A DNA stretch of 64,000 nucleotides from Gemmatimonadota bacterium (GTDB taxonomy: Bacteria; Gemmatimonadota; Gemmatimonadetes; Palauibacterales; Palauibacteraceae), in assembly GCA_965116475.1 (NCBI GenBank), contig OZ220691.1, positions 849,093-913,092 on the forward strand, written 5' to 3'. Shown in pieces: positions 47,293-59,958 of this stretch. How positions within the stretch are numbered: position 1 is the first letter of the stretch; each line of letters opens with the position of its first letter. Both the position numbers and the translations under genes were made by a program. Below the pieces are notes generated by a model. That model saw nothing but the letters and a program-made list of their open reading frames with translations, was not told where the DNA came from and made no database searches.

Positions 47293-50200
47293 ATGAAGCA
47301 CACCGGTAGCGGCGTAACCACGATGCAGGGCTCTGGGTCAAGCTGGAAGTCGGGAAACCAGCAACACCGTCTTCCATACGCGGCCATCCTGTGCGCCGCC
47401 TTGGCGGTAGTCTCGTGCGATGGCCCGGGGCCCCGCGCTCGGATCTCGGAGGAGGTGCGGGTGCTGGACACCTACCCGTTTTCGGATCCGAATCCCGTGC
47501 CGGTACTGGCCACCGACCGGCGGCTGTACCCCTACCATACGTTCGAGGGATACGCGGCGACGTCGGAGCCCCGGGAGTGGAAGGTCGTGACGATGGAGAA
47601 CGACCTCATCGAGGTCTTCGTCCTCCCCGAGGTGGGCGGCAAGGTGTGGGGGGCCGTGGTGAAGGCGACCGGCCACGAGTTCATCTATCGGAACGAAGTG
47701 ATGAAGTTCCGGGACATCGCGCTGCGCGGTCCGTGGACCTCGGGCGGTCTCGAGTTCAACTTCGGCGTCATCGGGCACACGCCGGCCACCGCCACGCCCG
47801 TCGACTACCTCCTGCGCGAGAACGCGGACGGCAGCGTGAGCACGATCGTCGGCGCCACCGACCTCCCATCGCGGACGCCGTGGCGGGTCGAAATCCGGCT
47901 TCCGCCGGACCGGGCCGCCTTCGAGACGCGCGTCCTGTGGTACAACCCGACCCCGCTGGAGCAGCCTTACTACAACTGGATGACGGCCGCGGCCTTCGCG
48001 CAGGACGACCTTGAACTGTTCGTGCCCGGCAACGCCTACCTGGAGCACTCCGGCCGGGCGCGCCCCTGGCCCGAGGACGAGGAGGGGCGCTTCCTCCCCC
48101 TCTACCGCAACAACGCGTTCGGGGGACACAAGTCCTACCACGTCGTCGGGGCCCTGAACGACTTCTTCGGCGGCTACTACCACGACGAGGACTACGGCTG
48201 GGGGCACTGGGCTCCGCACGAGGAGATGCCCGGGCGCAAGATGTGGCTGTGGGCGCTCTCCCGCGCCGGCGGCATCTGGGAGGATCTGCTCACCGACACG
48301 GACGGCCAGTACGTCGAGTTCCAGGCGGGGCGGCTGCATGCGCAGTACGCGCCCGGGGCGGACAGGAATCCGATCTCGCAGGCGGGGTTCGATCCGCTCT
48401 CGGCGAGCCGCTGGACGGAGTGGTGGTTCCCGCTGGAGGGAACGGGCGGCCTCACGGACGCCTCCCCGCACGGCGCCATGCACGTCGAGCGGGTGAGCGA
48501 CGGCCTGCGGGTCGTGGTCCAGGCGTTCGGATCCGGGGTCGACACCGTGGCGGTATGGTCGGACGGTGAACAGATCGCCGCCCGGGCGGTGGCCTTCGAG
48601 GCCCTGGATCCGCTGACGGTCGAGTTCGACGTCGCGCCCGGGCGTCCGTGGCGTGTCTCGCTCCCGGGGCTCCGCCTGGAAGCCTGCTCGAGACCGGGCG
48701 CAACCGGTCTCGCCGGGGTGTGCGGATTCGGCGGAGAGCCCTCGGTGTCCCGACCGTTCGGGACGAACGCCGAGGCATGGGAGGCACTACCGGAAACGGA
48801 CCGCCTGGTGTTCGAGGCGAGGGAGTTGGTGCGGGGCCGGCGCCATGCCGACGCGCGGACGCGGTACGACCGCGCGCTCGCCGCCGAGCCGTGGAACCGG
48901 GAGGCGCTGCTCGGTCTCGGCGCGCTGGCGTTGAGGTCGGCTCGCTACGAGGAGGGCCTCGCCCACGCCCGGCGGGCGCTCCAGCTCGACACCTACGATC
49001 CGGAAGCCAACTTCCTCGCCGGCAACCTGTATCTCGCCCTGGGGCGCCGGGCGGATGCGCTCGACTCGTTCGGCTGGGCCGCCCGGTCAGTGGAGTTCCG
49101 GGCCGCGGCGCGCACTCGGCTGGCGGAATTGGCGCTGGAGGCGGGGGACATGGCCGAAACACGCCGCCACGCCGCTCTGGCACTCGACCACGACCGCGTG
49201 AGTATTCCGGCCCGCGAGGCGCTGGCGATCGCGGCGCGGCTCGAGGGAGACGAAGCGGGTGCGGCGCGCGTGCAGGCGGAACTGCTGGAACTGGATCCGC
49301 TGAACCATTTCGTGCTGGCCGAGCGCTATCTCGCGGCGCGGGCCGCAGGATCCGTCAGCGCGGAGGCGGCGGACGGAGCCGAAGCAGCGCGCCTCACCGC
49401 CTCGATGCGGAGCGAGTATCCGGGACAGACGCTGCTGGAACTCGCCGTGGGGTACGCGAACCGCGGGCTGGACGCCGATGCCGCGCGCTTGCTGGAGTTG
49501 GCGGACGAGGTGGGCGGCGGCCCCGTCGCCGCGGCGTGGCTCGCCTTTCTGACGCAGGATCCGGACCTGCTGCGCGCGGGGGCCGATCCCGCCTTCGCCT
49601 TCCCCTACCGCCCCGAAACGCTGCCGGTCCTGCGCTGGGCGGCCGCCGAAGACGCGCACTGGGGCTGGCGTTACCTGCTGGGCCTGAACCTGTGGGCGCT
49701 CGATCGCGACGCCGAGGCGGCCGAGGTGCTGGGGACCCTGGGCGACGAACCCGACTACGGCCCCGCCTATGCGGCGCGCGCACACCTGACTGAAGCCATG
49801 GGCGGCGACCCGAGTCCCGATTTCCTGCGCGCCGTCGCGGTGGATCCCGGGAGCCGCCTCCTCCACATCTCCCTCATCCGGCATCTGCAGGAAACGGGAC
49901 GGTGGGCGCAGGCGCGCGAGGCGTCCGGCCGGGGAACGGGACTCTTCCCGGACGACTTCAACCTCGCCCTCCTCCACGTGCGAGGGCTCATCCAGGCGGG
50001 CGAGTACCGCGAAGCCAACGGGATCCTTGCCGGCACCCGCGTACTACCCTCGGAGAACTCCGGCGAGGCCCACCGGCTGTACGAGTTCGCGCACGTCGGC
50101 GCCGCGCTGGACGAACTGGAGGCCGGGAACCGCCCGGCCGCCCGCCGTCACCTGGAGGCCGCGCTGCTGTGGCCGGAATCGCTCGGCCAGGGCCGTCCCT

Positions 50201-50406
50201 TCGACCCTGACGACCGGCTGGTGCGGTTCCTGTTCGACGCGGCGGCGGAAAACCCCGATGGCGTACCCCGGGCCTTCGAGACCGTCACCATCGCCTCGCT
50301 GCGCGCCCGCATCGATTCGCTCGGCGCCGCCCCGTCCCCGATCGCGACGATCGAGCAAGACCTCCTGCGCCGGGCCCTCTCCGCCGCCGCCCGCCTGGAA
50401 CGCTAG
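47293..50406 (+). CDS. large lipoprotein with N-terminal beta-rich domain (possibly DUF5107-like) + C-terminal TPR repeats
   Basis: Start at MKHTGSG, 8 nt after the hicA stop. Lipobox AVVSCDG. The C-terminal 500 aa contains multiple TPR-like helical pairs (ALAAEPWNREALLGLGALALR... and similar). 1037 aa. Confidence 0.7.
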   Translation: MKHTGSGVTTMQGSGSSWKSGNQQHRLPYAAILCAALAVVSCDGPGPRARISEEVRVLDTYPFSDPNPVPVLATDRRLYPYHTFEGYAATSEPREWKVVTMENDLIEVFVLPEVGGKVWGAVVKATGHEFIYRNEVMKFRDIALRGPWTSGGLEFNFGVIGHTPATATPVDYLLRENADGSVSTIVGATDLPSRTPWRVEIRLPPDRAAFETRVLWYNPTPLEQPYYNWMTAAAFAQDDLELFVPGNAYLEHSGRARPWPEDEEGRFLPLYRNNAFGGHKSYHVVGALNDFFGGYYHDEDYGWGHWAPHEEMPGRKMWLWALSRAGGIWEDLLTDTDGQYVEFQAGRLHAQYAPGADRNPISQAGFDPLSASRWTEWWFPLEGTGGLTDASPHGAMHVERVSDGLRVVVQAFGSGVDTVAVWSDGEQIAARAVAFEALDPLTVEFDVAPGRPWRVSLPGLRLEACSRPGATGLAGVCGFGGEPSVSRPFGTNAEAWEALPETDRLVFEARELVRGRRHADARTRYDRALAAEPWNREALLGLGALALRSARYEEGLAHARRALQLDTYDPEANFLAGNLYLALGRRADALDSFGWAARSVEFRAAARTRLAELALEAGDMAETRRHAALALDHDRVSIPAREALAIAARLEGDEAGAARVQAELLELDPLNHFVLAERYLAARAAGSVSAEAADGAEAARLTASMRSEYPGQTLLELAVGYANRGLDADAARLLELADEVGGGPVAAAWLAFLTQDPDLLRAGADPAFAFPYRPETLPVLRWAAAEDAHWGWRYLLGLNLWALDRDAEAAEVLGTLGDEPDYGPAYAARAHLTEAMGGDPSPDFLRAVAVDPGSRLLHISLIRHLQETGRWAQAREASGRGTGLFPDDFNLALLHVRGLIQAGEYREANGILAGTRVLPSENSGEAHRLYEFAHVGAALDELEAGNRPAARRHLEAALLWPESLGQGRPFDPDDRLVRFLFDAAAENPDGVPRAFETVTIASLRARIDSLGAAPSPIATIEQDLLRRALSAAARLER

Positions 50407-51716
50407 CAGCCCGCAGGCGCTCCGTCGCGGCCGGCGGTCCCCTCCTCCGCCGCGAGCGCCACGCCCTCTTCCTCGTCCACCCGCAGCAGGAGCAGGAACC
50501 CCGCCGCGAGAAACACGAGGATGGAGGCGATGGCCCAGCGGTGGCTGCCCGTGGCGCCCAGGATGAGCCCGTAGGAGAGCGGCCCGGCCGCGGCGGACAG
50601 GCGGCCGGAGAAGGCGTAGAAGCCGAACAGTTCGCCCTGCTTGCTCTCGGGCACGAACGACCCGAGGAGGGCGCGGCTGCCCGCCTGGTTCGGGCCCACC
50701 ATGAGCCCGAGGAGTATGGCCGCGGCCCAGAACATCGGGAGATCCCGCGCGGACCATGCCATGACGATCGCCACCATCAGCAGCACGAGGGTGATGGCGA
50801 TGGTTCGCTTCCCGCCGATCCGGTCCTGGACGAAGCCGAAGCCGATCGCGCTCGCGCCGGCCGTCAGATTCACGACGATGCCGAGGATGAGGAGGTCGGC
50901 CGTCTCCATCCCGAACTCGACCCCCGCGAAGATCGCCGCCATGGCGAAGGCGGTCGCGAGCCCGTCGTTGTAAACGAGACGCGCCACGAGGAGGCGGACG
51001 GCCTGGCGATAGCGCCGCAGGTCCCGGGCCGTGTTCGCGATGCGCCCGAAGCCCATCCGCACGCAGGTGCCGAGCGGCGCGCGGCGGCGAGGCTGCCGCT
51101 CCCGAAGGAAGAGAAAGACCGGAATCGAGAACACGAGGAGCCAGCCGGCGGCGAGGAGGTTCGTGGACCGCACGTTCAGTCCCCCGTCCTCCGGCAGCCA
51201 GCCGCTGACCATGCCCAGCGCCAGCACGAGGCAGAGAAGGCCGCCGAAGTACCCGAGACCCCAGCCCAGCCCGGATATCCGTCCCATGTTCTCTCGCGTC
51301 GAGATCTCGGGCAGGAACGCGTTGGCGAGCGACTGCATCGACTCGTAGGCGACGCTGGCCCCGATGAAAACGAGGGCGGCGATCCACGCATCGCCCGGCC
51401 CCATGCCGAAGAGGCCCGCGGTGAGGGCGCCGCAGACCACAGTGGCGATGAGCAGGAACCGCTTCTTGAGGCCACCGTAATCCCCCATGGCGCCCACCAC
51501 CGGCATGATGAGCGCGGTCGTGACCGCGGATACCGTGACCGCGCGCGTCCACCAGACGCCCCCCAGCACCTCGTCGGGAGCGATCGAGCGCGCGAACCAG
51601 GCGGAGAAGATGAACGTCACGACGATCGTCCCGAAGGCCGAGTGGGCGAAGTCGTACATCGCCCAGGAGACGATCTCCCGGCGCGCGACGGGCGGGGCTT
51701 GAGGGGTAGAGTTCAC
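50403..51716 (-). CDS. MFS transporter (UMF1/Atg22-like family)
   Basis: 12 TM helices; 437 aa. Convergent 4-nt overlap with the TPR gene. Confidence 0.85.
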   Translation of the reverse strand: MNSTPQAPPVARREIVSWAMYDFAHSAFGTIVVTFIFSAWFARSIAPDEVLGGVWWTRAVTVSAVTTALIMPVVGAMGDYGGLKKRFLLIATVVCGALTAGLFGMGPGDAWIAALVFIGASVAYESMQSLANAFLPEISTRENMGRISGLGWGLGYFGGLLCLVLALGMVSGWLPEDGGLNVRSTNLLAAGWLLVFSIPVFLFLRERQPRRRAPLGTCVRMGFGRIANTARDLRRYRQAVRLLVARLVYNDGLATAFAMAAIFAGVEFGMETADLLILGIVVNLTAGASAIGFGFVQDRIGGKRTIAITLVLLMVAIVMAWSARDLPMFWAAAILLGLMVGPNQAGSRALLGSFVPESKQGELFGFYAFSGRLSAAAGPLSYGLILGATGSHRWAIASILVFLAAGFLLLLRVDEEEGVALAAEEGTAGRDGAPAGC

Positions 51717-51951
51717 TCGCGACGGCCTTTCGAGTCCGGCGGGGCGCGTTTCGAGGGCTCAAGCGTATCACCGATACTCCGCGTGACGCGACCCGTCCGG
51801 CTGAGCGCGCCCGCCCCTACCGGCGGCCGGCACGCGACGCCGCCGGTTTGTCGCGAACGCATGGCGCGGGGTAGGTTTGCGGGAGGGTCGCCATCGAAAC
51901 CGGCGTTCCCGGCGACGTTCCCATATGAAGCACACGAGACGGAAGATCCAC

Positions 51952-53952
51952 ATGTCTGAACATACTGCTGCGAACGCGGGATCCCACGTCAGCGAGGCCG
52001 AGGCGCGGAAGGTCGCCGAGGCCGCGCGCGAGACGGACTGGACGGGACGAACCTTCGTCCGGAACCTCTTCCTCGGGAAGCTCCGGCTCGACGCGATCCA
52101 CCCCTATCCCGACCCGGACGACTTCATCTCCGACCGGGCCCGCGCGTGGACCGAGGAGCTGCGCATCTTCCTGCGCGACGAGGTGGATTCGGACGGCATC
52201 GACCGGGACGGCAAGATCCCGTCCGAGGTCGTCCGGGCGCTCGCCGAGCGCGGCGCCTTCGGCATCAAGGTGCCGGAGAAGTACGGCGGGCTCGGGTTCA
52301 ACCAGACGGAGTACGCGAACGCGATGCGCGTCGTGGGTTCGATCGACGGCAACGTCGTCGCCCTGCTCTCCGCGCATCAGTCGATCGGCGTGGGGCAGCC
52401 GCTCAAGATGTTCGGCACCGAGGCGCAGAAGGAGGCCTACTTCCCCCGGCTCGCGAAGGGGGCCGTCAGCGCCTTCGCGCTCACCGAGAACGACGTGGGG
52501 TCGGATCCCGCCCGGCTCACGACGTCCGCCGAGCGCACGGAGGACGGGTCCGCCTTCATCCTGAACGGCGAGAAGCTGTGGTGCACGAACGGCACCCTGG
52601 CCGAACTCTACGTCGTCATGGCGCGCCACCCCGACACGGGCCGCATTTCCGCCTTCATCGTCGAGCGCGACTGGCCGGGCGTCGAAGTCGTGCGGCGCTG
52701 CCATTTCATGGGACTCAAGGCGCTCGAGAACGGGATCATCCGCTTCACCGATGTCCGCGTGCCGGCCGAGAACCTCCTCTGGAAGGAAGGGAGCGGACTC
52801 AAGCTCGCGCTCATGACGCTGAACACGGGCCGCCTGACGATTCCGGCCTCGTCGGTGGGCGGGGCGCAGGCCGCGCTCGAGGCGTGCCGGCGCTGGTGCG
52901 CGGAGCGCATCCAGTGGGGCGTGCCGGTCGGCAGGCACGAGACGATCGCGCACTACCTGACGTCGATCGCCTCCCGGACGTACGCCATGTCGGCGATCGC
53001 CGACCTCACGCAGTCGATGGCGGACCGGGGCGGCTACGACATCCGGCTCGAGGCCGCGATGGCGAAGCTCTGGAACACGGAAACGGGCTGGCAGCTCGTC
53101 GATGACGCCCTGCAGGTGCGGGGCGGGCGCGGCTACGAGACGGCGGACTCGCTCACGGCGCGCGGCGAGGAACCCGTCGCCGTCGAGCGCTGGCTGCGCG
53201 ACTTCCGGATCAACCGGATCTTCGAGGGATCGAGCGAGATCCTGCGCCTGTTCATGGCCCGCGAGGCCGTCGACCGGCACCTCCAGATCGCGGGCGACCT
53301 CGTCGACCCCCGGCTCGGCCTCGGCGCGAAGCTCAAGGCCCTGCCGAAGGCCGCCTGGTTCTATGCGACCTGGTACCCGACGACATGGATCGGCTGGAGC
53401 CTGCCGCCACGCTTCGCGAGCCACGGGCGGCTGGCGAAGCACCTGCGCTACGTCGAGCGGAACAGCCGCAAGCTGGCGCGCACGATCTTCCACCTCATGC
53501 TGCGCCACGGGCCGAAGCTCGAGCGGCGCCAGGGTCTGCTCTTCCGCTGCATCGACATCGGCGCGGAGCTGTTCGCGATCGCGGCCGCCGTTACGAGGGC
53601 CGACATGCTGCGCCGCCGGGCAGGGGACGAGGCGCGCGACGAGGCCCGCGAGGCCGTCCGCCTCGCCGATTCGTTCGCGGCCGGGTCACGCCAGCGCATC
53701 GGCGAACTCTTCCGCCGCATCCGCTCGAACCACGACGTGGCGGACTACCGCATCGCCCAGGACATCATGGCCGGCAACTTCGAGTGGATGGAGCGCGACA
53801 TCGTCGGCCTCCAGAAAGCCGCGCTCGAGGCTTGGCGGGGCGGTGCGGCGGACCTGCCGTCGGAGCATGGATCCGACGGGACTCCACCCGAACCCTTCGA
53901 GGAGCCCCGCTCGGATCTCCGTCCCGCGAGCGCCGGCGCCGAGGCCGTCTAG
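51952..53952 (+). CDS. long-chain acyl-CoA dehydrogenase family protein with C-terminal extension
   Basis: ACAD N/M/C domains ([27 protein letters not shown]). Start at MSEHT with GGAAG 10 nt upstream. 666 aa. Confidence 0.85.
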   Translation: MSEHTAANAGSHVSEAEARKVAEAARETDWTGRTFVRNLFLGKLRLDAIHPYPDPDDFISDRARAWTEELRIFLRDEVDSDGIDRDGKIPSEVVRALAERGAFGIKVPEKYGGLGFNQTEYANAMRVVGSIDGNVVALLSAHQSIGVGQPLKMFGTEAQKEAYFPRLAKGAVSAFALTENDVGSDPARLTTSAERTEDGSAFILNGEKLWCTNGTLAELYVVMARHPDTGRISAFIVERDWPGVEVVRRCHFMGLKALENGIIRFTDVRVPAENLLWKEGSGLKLALMTLNTGRLTIPASSVGGAQAALEACRRWCAERIQWGVPVGRHETIAHYLTSIASRTYAMSAIADLTQSMADRGGYDIRLEAAMAKLWNTETGWQLVDDALQVRGGRGYETADSLTARGEEPVAVERWLRDFRINRIFEGSSEILRLFMAREAVDRHLQIAGDLVDPRLGLGAKLKALPKAAWFYATWYPTTWIGWSLPPRFASHGRLAKHLRYVERNSRKLARTIFHLMLRHGPKLERRQGLLFRCIDIGAELFAIAAAVTRADMLRRRAGDEARDEAREAVRLADSFAAGSRQRIGELFRRIRSNHDVADYRIAQDIMAGNFEWMERDIVGLQKAALEAWRGGAADLPSEHGSDGTPPEPFEEPRSDLRPASAGAEAV

Positions 53953-54006
53953 CGTCGCCCGGCCGGATCCAGAGTCGATCGGCCGGGACCGGTCAGCCGG
54001 TGTCGG

Positions 54007-54609
54007 TCAGCCGGACGGGTCGGTTACGCCCTCCACATCGAGGCGGGTCTCGTGGCCGCATAGCGTGCCGGCCAGGACGGCGGCCACGGACGGTTCCGTG
54101 CCGGAGGGGTCCAACCCCCCGCTCAGCGCCAAGTCGATGCTGCAGGATCCGGACCGCCCATCGGACTGCCAGTCCAGCGCTCCGGCCACCGAACCCTCCA
54201 GGGTGAACGCCTCGAACAAACCAATGAAGCTGGTGGTGGTCCGTTCGCGAACGCCGGGGCTGCCGTCCACGGTGAACCGCATCCCGCCGTTCGACACCTC
54301 GCAGCCGCTCGGTGAGGCCGTAAAATCGGTCGTCAGCCTCACCGTGTCGGCCACCGACTCGTCCATGATCGAGCTCGTGATGGTGATCTGTCCCCCCAGG
54401 GGGCACGCGACCACGAAGCTGTTCTCGGAGCCGCCGATGATCGTGGCGGCGGTGTCGCTCTGAATCGCCCGCATCGCCTCGAACAGCGCCACGGACTCGG
54501 CCGCGGAGAGCGGCTCTCCCGTGGTGGGCGGTTCCGTCGTTCCTTCGCTGCAGCCGGACACGAGGGCGCCGGCGAGGAGCACGGCGATCACGTTTCGTCG
54601 GTCGAACAT
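54007..54609 (-). CDS. hypothetical lipoprotein
   Basis: Start at MFDRRNV; signal plus lipobox LVSGCSEG; Ser/Thr/Gly-rich beta-type sequence; 200 aa. Confidence 0.55.
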   Translation of the reverse strand: MFDRRNVIAVLLAGALVSGCSEGTTEPPTTGEPLSAAESVALFEAMRAIQSDTAATIIGGSENSFVVACPLGGQITITSSIMDESVADTVRLTTDFTASPSGCEVSNGGMRFTVDGSPGVRERTTTSFIGLFEAFTLEGSVAGALDWQSDGRSGSCSIDLALSGGLDPSGTEPSVAAVLAGTLCGHETRLDVEGVTDPSG

Positions 54610-54730
54610 CCCTTCCTCCCTTCCTCCCTGGCCGGATTCCGGCTTGCGCGGAGCCATGTCGGTTCCCCGGCGGCCCGGCACGTCATCCCGCTTGGAATAT
54701 ATGCAGGCGGGCCACGCGGCGCCGAGCGGA

Positions 54731-56567
<1,837 letters not shown>

Positions 56568-56580
56568 GGGAAGATAGGGG

Positions 56581-57702
56581 TCACGCGTCCGTCGCGCCCG
56601 CCGCGCCCGCCGCACGCAGGGCTCCGACGATCAATTCGCCCATCCGCGCCGTCGACACCGGCGGCCGGTCCCCGTCGGCGTGGAGATCCGCCGTGCCGTA
56701 TCCGTCGTCGAGCACGCGGTTCACGGCGGCCCGCACGGCGTCCGCCTCCTCTGGCAGCGCGAACGCGAGTTCGAGCATCATGGCCACGGAGAGGATCGCG
56801 CCGATGGGGTTCGCGACCCCCCGCCCCGCGATGTCCGGCGCCGCGCCGTGAACGGGCTCGAAGAGGCCGATGTCGCCCCCCACGCTCGCCGACGGCAGCA
56901 TGCCCAGGCTCCCGGCGAGCACCGCCGCCTCGTCGCTCAGAATGTCGCCGAACAGGTTGCTGGTCAGGAGGACGTCGAACTGGCGCGGATTGTGGATCAA
57001 CTGCATCGCGCAGTTGTCCACGAGCATGCTGGAGAACTCGATGTCCGGATAGTCGCGGGATACTTCTTCGGCGATGCGGCGCCAGAAGATCGACGACTCC
57101 AGGACGTTCGCCTTGTCTATCGACGTCACCTTCCGCCGCCGCGCACGCGCGAGTTCGAACGCCGACACGGAGATCCGCCGGATTTCCTCCTCCGTATAGA
57201 TCTCGGTATCGAATGCGACGCCGTCCCCGATTCCGCGCGGATGTCCGTAGTAGATGCCCCCGAGCAGTTCGCGGACGACGACGAGGTCCACGCCGCGGAC
57301 GCACTCGGGACGCAGCGGAGATCGGTCCACGAGCGCCTCGGGCACGGAGACGGGCCGGATGTTCGCATGGTTTTCAAGCAGGCGCCGCAGATCCAGCAGC
57401 CCCCGGGAGGCGTCGACCCGCGCCCCGTCCACGGAGCGCACCGAGAGGCCGACCGCTCCCACGAGCACGGCGTCGACCTCCACGGCAAGCGCCCGCGTTT
57501 CCTCCGGCAGAGGATCTCCGAACCGCTCGAGCGCGCCATCACCGATGGTGGCCTCAACGATGTCGAACCGGTGGCCGTGGATCTCGCCGACGGCCTCCAG
57601 CACGCGTCGCGCCTCGAGGAGGACCTCGGGGCCGATGCCGTCGCCGGGCAGAAAGAGGACGCGCCCGCCCACGGAGCGTCTACTTCCGCTCGCGTCTTGC
57701 AA
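56581..57702 (-). CDS. leuB: 3-isopropylmalate dehydrogenase
   Basis: LPGDGIGPEV N-terminus, NLFGDILSDEAA and the IDH/IMDH signature. The start may lie downstream of 57702, because the 5' end overlaps the PIN gene by 23 nt. Confidence 0.9.
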   Translation of the reverse strand: MQDASGSRRSVGGRVLFLPGDGIGPEVLLEARRVLEAVGEIHGHRFDIVEATIGDGALERFGDPLPEETRALAVEVDAVLVGAVGLSVRSVDGARVDASRGLLDLRRLLENHANIRPVSVPEALVDRSPLRPECVRGVDLVVVRELLGGIYYGHPRGIGDGVAFDTEIYTEEEIRRISVSAFELARARRRKVTSIDKANVLESSIFWRRIAEEVSRDYPDIEFSSMLVDNCAMQLIHNPRQFDVLLTSNLFGDILSDEAAVLAGSLGMLPSASVGGDIGLFEPVHGAAPDIAGRGVANPIGAILSVAMMLELAFALPEEADAVRAAVNRVLDDGYGTADLHADGDRPPVSTARMGELIVGALRAAGAAGATDA

Positions 57703-58105
57703 GGTCGCGGGGAGTCAGGACGTGAGTACCCTCGGGAGGGTTGTCGACGAGAAGGCGGTCGCCTGTAACGAGCCGGCTGCCTGCACGGCTGGCAAGCAGG
57801 GCCCAGAGGTGGTTGTCGCGGGCGTCCGGCGCCCCGCCGCCGGCCGCGGGTTCGCACCATATCGCGTTTGCGGTCAGTTCGGTGAGGAGTCCGTCAATCT
57901 CCTGCTCATTCAAGCCGTGCAGCCTCACGAGCGCGGGGCGGCGCAACACGGTCGCGTACTCCGCGATCAGATCCTCGGACATGAGATACAGGAGACCTCC
58001 ATCGAGCATGGCGTCCAGGATCTCCGCGGTGGGACTCGTCGCATCCGACGTGATCAGCGCCGAGACGACCACGTTGGTGTCCACAACGAATACAGCCGGG
58101 GTCAC
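57680..58105 (-). CDS. PIN-domain toxin (VapC-like, TIGR00305-type)
   Basis: GTG start gives VTPAVFVVDTNVVVSAL with conserved acidic Asp (DTN) and C-terminal GD. 141 aa. Confidence 0.7.
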   Translation of the reverse strand: MTPAVFVVDTNVVVSALITSDATSPTAEILDAMLDGGLLYLMSEDLIAEYATVLRRPALVRLHGLNEQEIDGLLTELTANAIWCEPAAGGGAPDARDNHLWALLASRAGSRLVTGDRLLVDNPPEGTHVLTPRDLARRERK

Positions 58106-58124
58106 GGCTCGAACCCGGCGCCCG

Positions 58125-58364
58125 CTACCGCCCCTCGCGGTGCAGCCCTGTCTCGCGGACCGCAACGGCCATGGCTTCGTCCGCTGCCAGTGCGGCGCGT
58201 CCACGGGCCTTGGCCACAATCTCCCTGGCCGTGTTGATCGGTCGGACGCCTCTCAACTCCAGGCTCTCCTCGATGATCGCACCCATCGAGCGACCCTGCC
58301 GAGCCGACGCTTCCTTCAGGGCGCGATGCGTGCGGGCGCTCAGGCTGATGGTGAGTCGGGGCAT
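58125..58364 (-). CDS. ribbon-helix-helix antitoxin (CopG/VapB-like)
   Basis: MPRLTISLSARTHRALKEASARQGRSMGAIIEESL is a beta-strand plus two-helix RHH pattern. 79 aa, 19 nt upstream of the PIN gene. Confidence 0.6.
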   Translation of the reverse strand: MPRLTISLSARTHRALKEASARQGRSMGAIIEESLELRGVRPINTAREIVAKARGRAALAADEAMAVAVRETGLHREGR

Positions 58365-58471
58365 GTCGTGCGTCCTCGCGCTGTCGGGCTCTCCAGGTGG
58401 CCGGATGTCACCATAGCACCAAAGCACCAGAAAGGGCAATGAGGCCGAGCGAGTGGCGCCGGGCCGACACG

Positions 58472-59260
58472 CTAGCCGAAGCCACCGCCGAATCGCTCCA
58501 CGAACGTGCGCTCGCGGTCGGTGAGGGCGGACCACCCCGCGGCCCTGAGCTTGTCAGCGATGCGCTCGTATTCGGCCCGGTTCACGGGATGAAGGGTGCT
58601 CGGCTCGATGCGGCCCCACTTCACGTTCAACTCCCGCTCTCCCATGCGGGCGCCGGGACTCTCGGCCTTCCTGCGGAACTGCGCCGCGGCGGAGCGCGTG
58701 GCCCGCCACCTCAGGTAGAGCCAGCCGCCGAGAAACCCGCCCAGGTGCGCGAAGTGCGCCACGCCCCCGCCGACGCCGCCCAGGCCCAGCCACAGGGAGA
58801 GCAGGGTGAAAAAGATGACGAGGAAGCGGACCTGCACCGGGATGACGAACCAGATCATCACCCGATCGCGCGGCCAGTAGCGCGCGTAGCCGAAGAGCAC
58901 GCCGTACACGGCCGCCGAAGCGCCGACCATCGGCACGTAGAGGCTGCCCTGCGACATCGTGAGGACGGTCCAGAGGATGTGGACGAGGGCTCCCACGAGC
59001 CCGGCCAGCAGGTACATCCTGAGGAAACTCTTCGACCCGAGCAGCGCTTCGAGCTTCGGCCCGAAGAAGAAGAGCGCGAGCATGTTGAAGAAGATGTGGG
59101 ACACGCCGCCGTGCAGGAACTGGTAGGTGAGGAGCGTCCACGGCCGCGTCAGGACCTGGGCCGGGACGAGCCACAACTCCGACATCATGGCCGGATTCAT
59201 GCGCGTGAACACGTAGGCGACGACGTTGATCAGGAGGAGCTGGCCGACGACGCGGGTCAT
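58472..59260 (-). CDS. rhomboid-family intramembrane serine protease with C-terminal cytoplasmic extension
   Basis: Start at MTRVVGQLL. TM helices, catalytic GASAAVYG (GxSx) and AHLGGFLGG (His). 262 aa. Confidence 0.8.
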   Translation of the reverse strand: MTRVVGQLLLINVVAYVFTRMNPAMMSELWLVPAQVLTRPWTLLTYQFLHGGVSHIFFNMLALFFFGPKLEALLGSKSFLRMYLLAGLVGALVHILWTVLTMSQGSLYVPMVGASAAVYGVLFGYARYWPRDRVMIWFVIPVQVRFLVIFFTLLSLWLGLGGVGGGVAHFAHLGGFLGGWLYLRWRATRSAAAQFRRKAESPGARMGERELNVKWGRIEPSTLHPVNRAEYERIADKLRAAGWSALTDRERTFVERFGGGFG

Positions 59261-59958
59261 GCCGTCATCATCTCCGTGAACTGTCCGGCCAGCGCGGGTC
59301 CGACGCCGGCGTCTTCGTGCTTGAAGAAGGCGTAGACCCGGTCCCACCCCGACGCGCGCAGCCGCGCGGCCCAGGCCTCCAGCTCCTCCGTGGAGTACGC
59401 GCTGCGGCGCAGCCGGAGGTAACTCCAGTCCGCCGTCTCGACGAGGGGCGCATCGTCTCCGTCGTCCGTCTCCGCGAGGCAGAGGGCGGAGTTCCGGGCG
59501 CGGAGGATGTCGAACACCGCCTCGTCGAACCACGAGGCGTGCCGAAACTCGAAGGCCGAGGTGCCGGGGTTCGGAAGCTGGTCCACGAAACGCGCGAGCC
59601 GTTCATCGTCCCGTTTGAAGTTCGGTGGAAGCTGGTACAGGATGACGCCGGCGCGATCCGCCATCACCGACGCCGTCTGCACAAGATACTCCGTCTCCTC
59701 CTCCGCGTTCTGCAACCGCTTGAAGTGCGTGATGCGGCGCGACGCCTTGAGCGCGAAGCGGAAGCCGTCGGGCACGGCCCCGGCCCAGTTCTCGAGCACG
59801 CTCTCGCGCGGCATGCGGTAGAAGGTGTTGTTGATCTCGACGGCGCGAAGCCGGCTGCCGTAGAAGGACAACATCTCCCTGTTGGGGAGATCCTCCGGAT
59901 AGAAGCTGCCTTTCCACGCGGGATAGCTGTAGCCGCTCGTGCCGATCCAGACCTGCAT
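59257..59958 (-). CDS. DUF72 (UPF0759/YecE) family protein
   Basis: MQVWIGTSGYSYPAWKGSFYP...FYQLP is the typical DUF72 TIM-barrel-like signature. Its stop overlaps the rhomboid start (ATGA). Confidence 0.8.
   Translation of the reverse strand: MQVWIGTSGYSYPAWKGSFYPEDLPNREMLSFYGSRLRAVEINNTFYRMPRESVLENWAGAVPDGFRFALKASRRITHFKRLQNAEEETEYLVQTASVMADRAGVILYQLPPNFKRDDERLARFVDQLPNPGTSAFEFRHASWFDEAVFDILRARNSALCLAETDDGDDAPLVETADWSYLRLRRSAYSTEELEAWAARLRASGWDRVYAFFKHEDAGVGPALAGQFTEMMTA

Noticed and set aside
51817-53508. 563-aa minus-strand ORF
   Set aside because: Antisense to the acyl-CoA dehydrogenase, which has clear family motifs.
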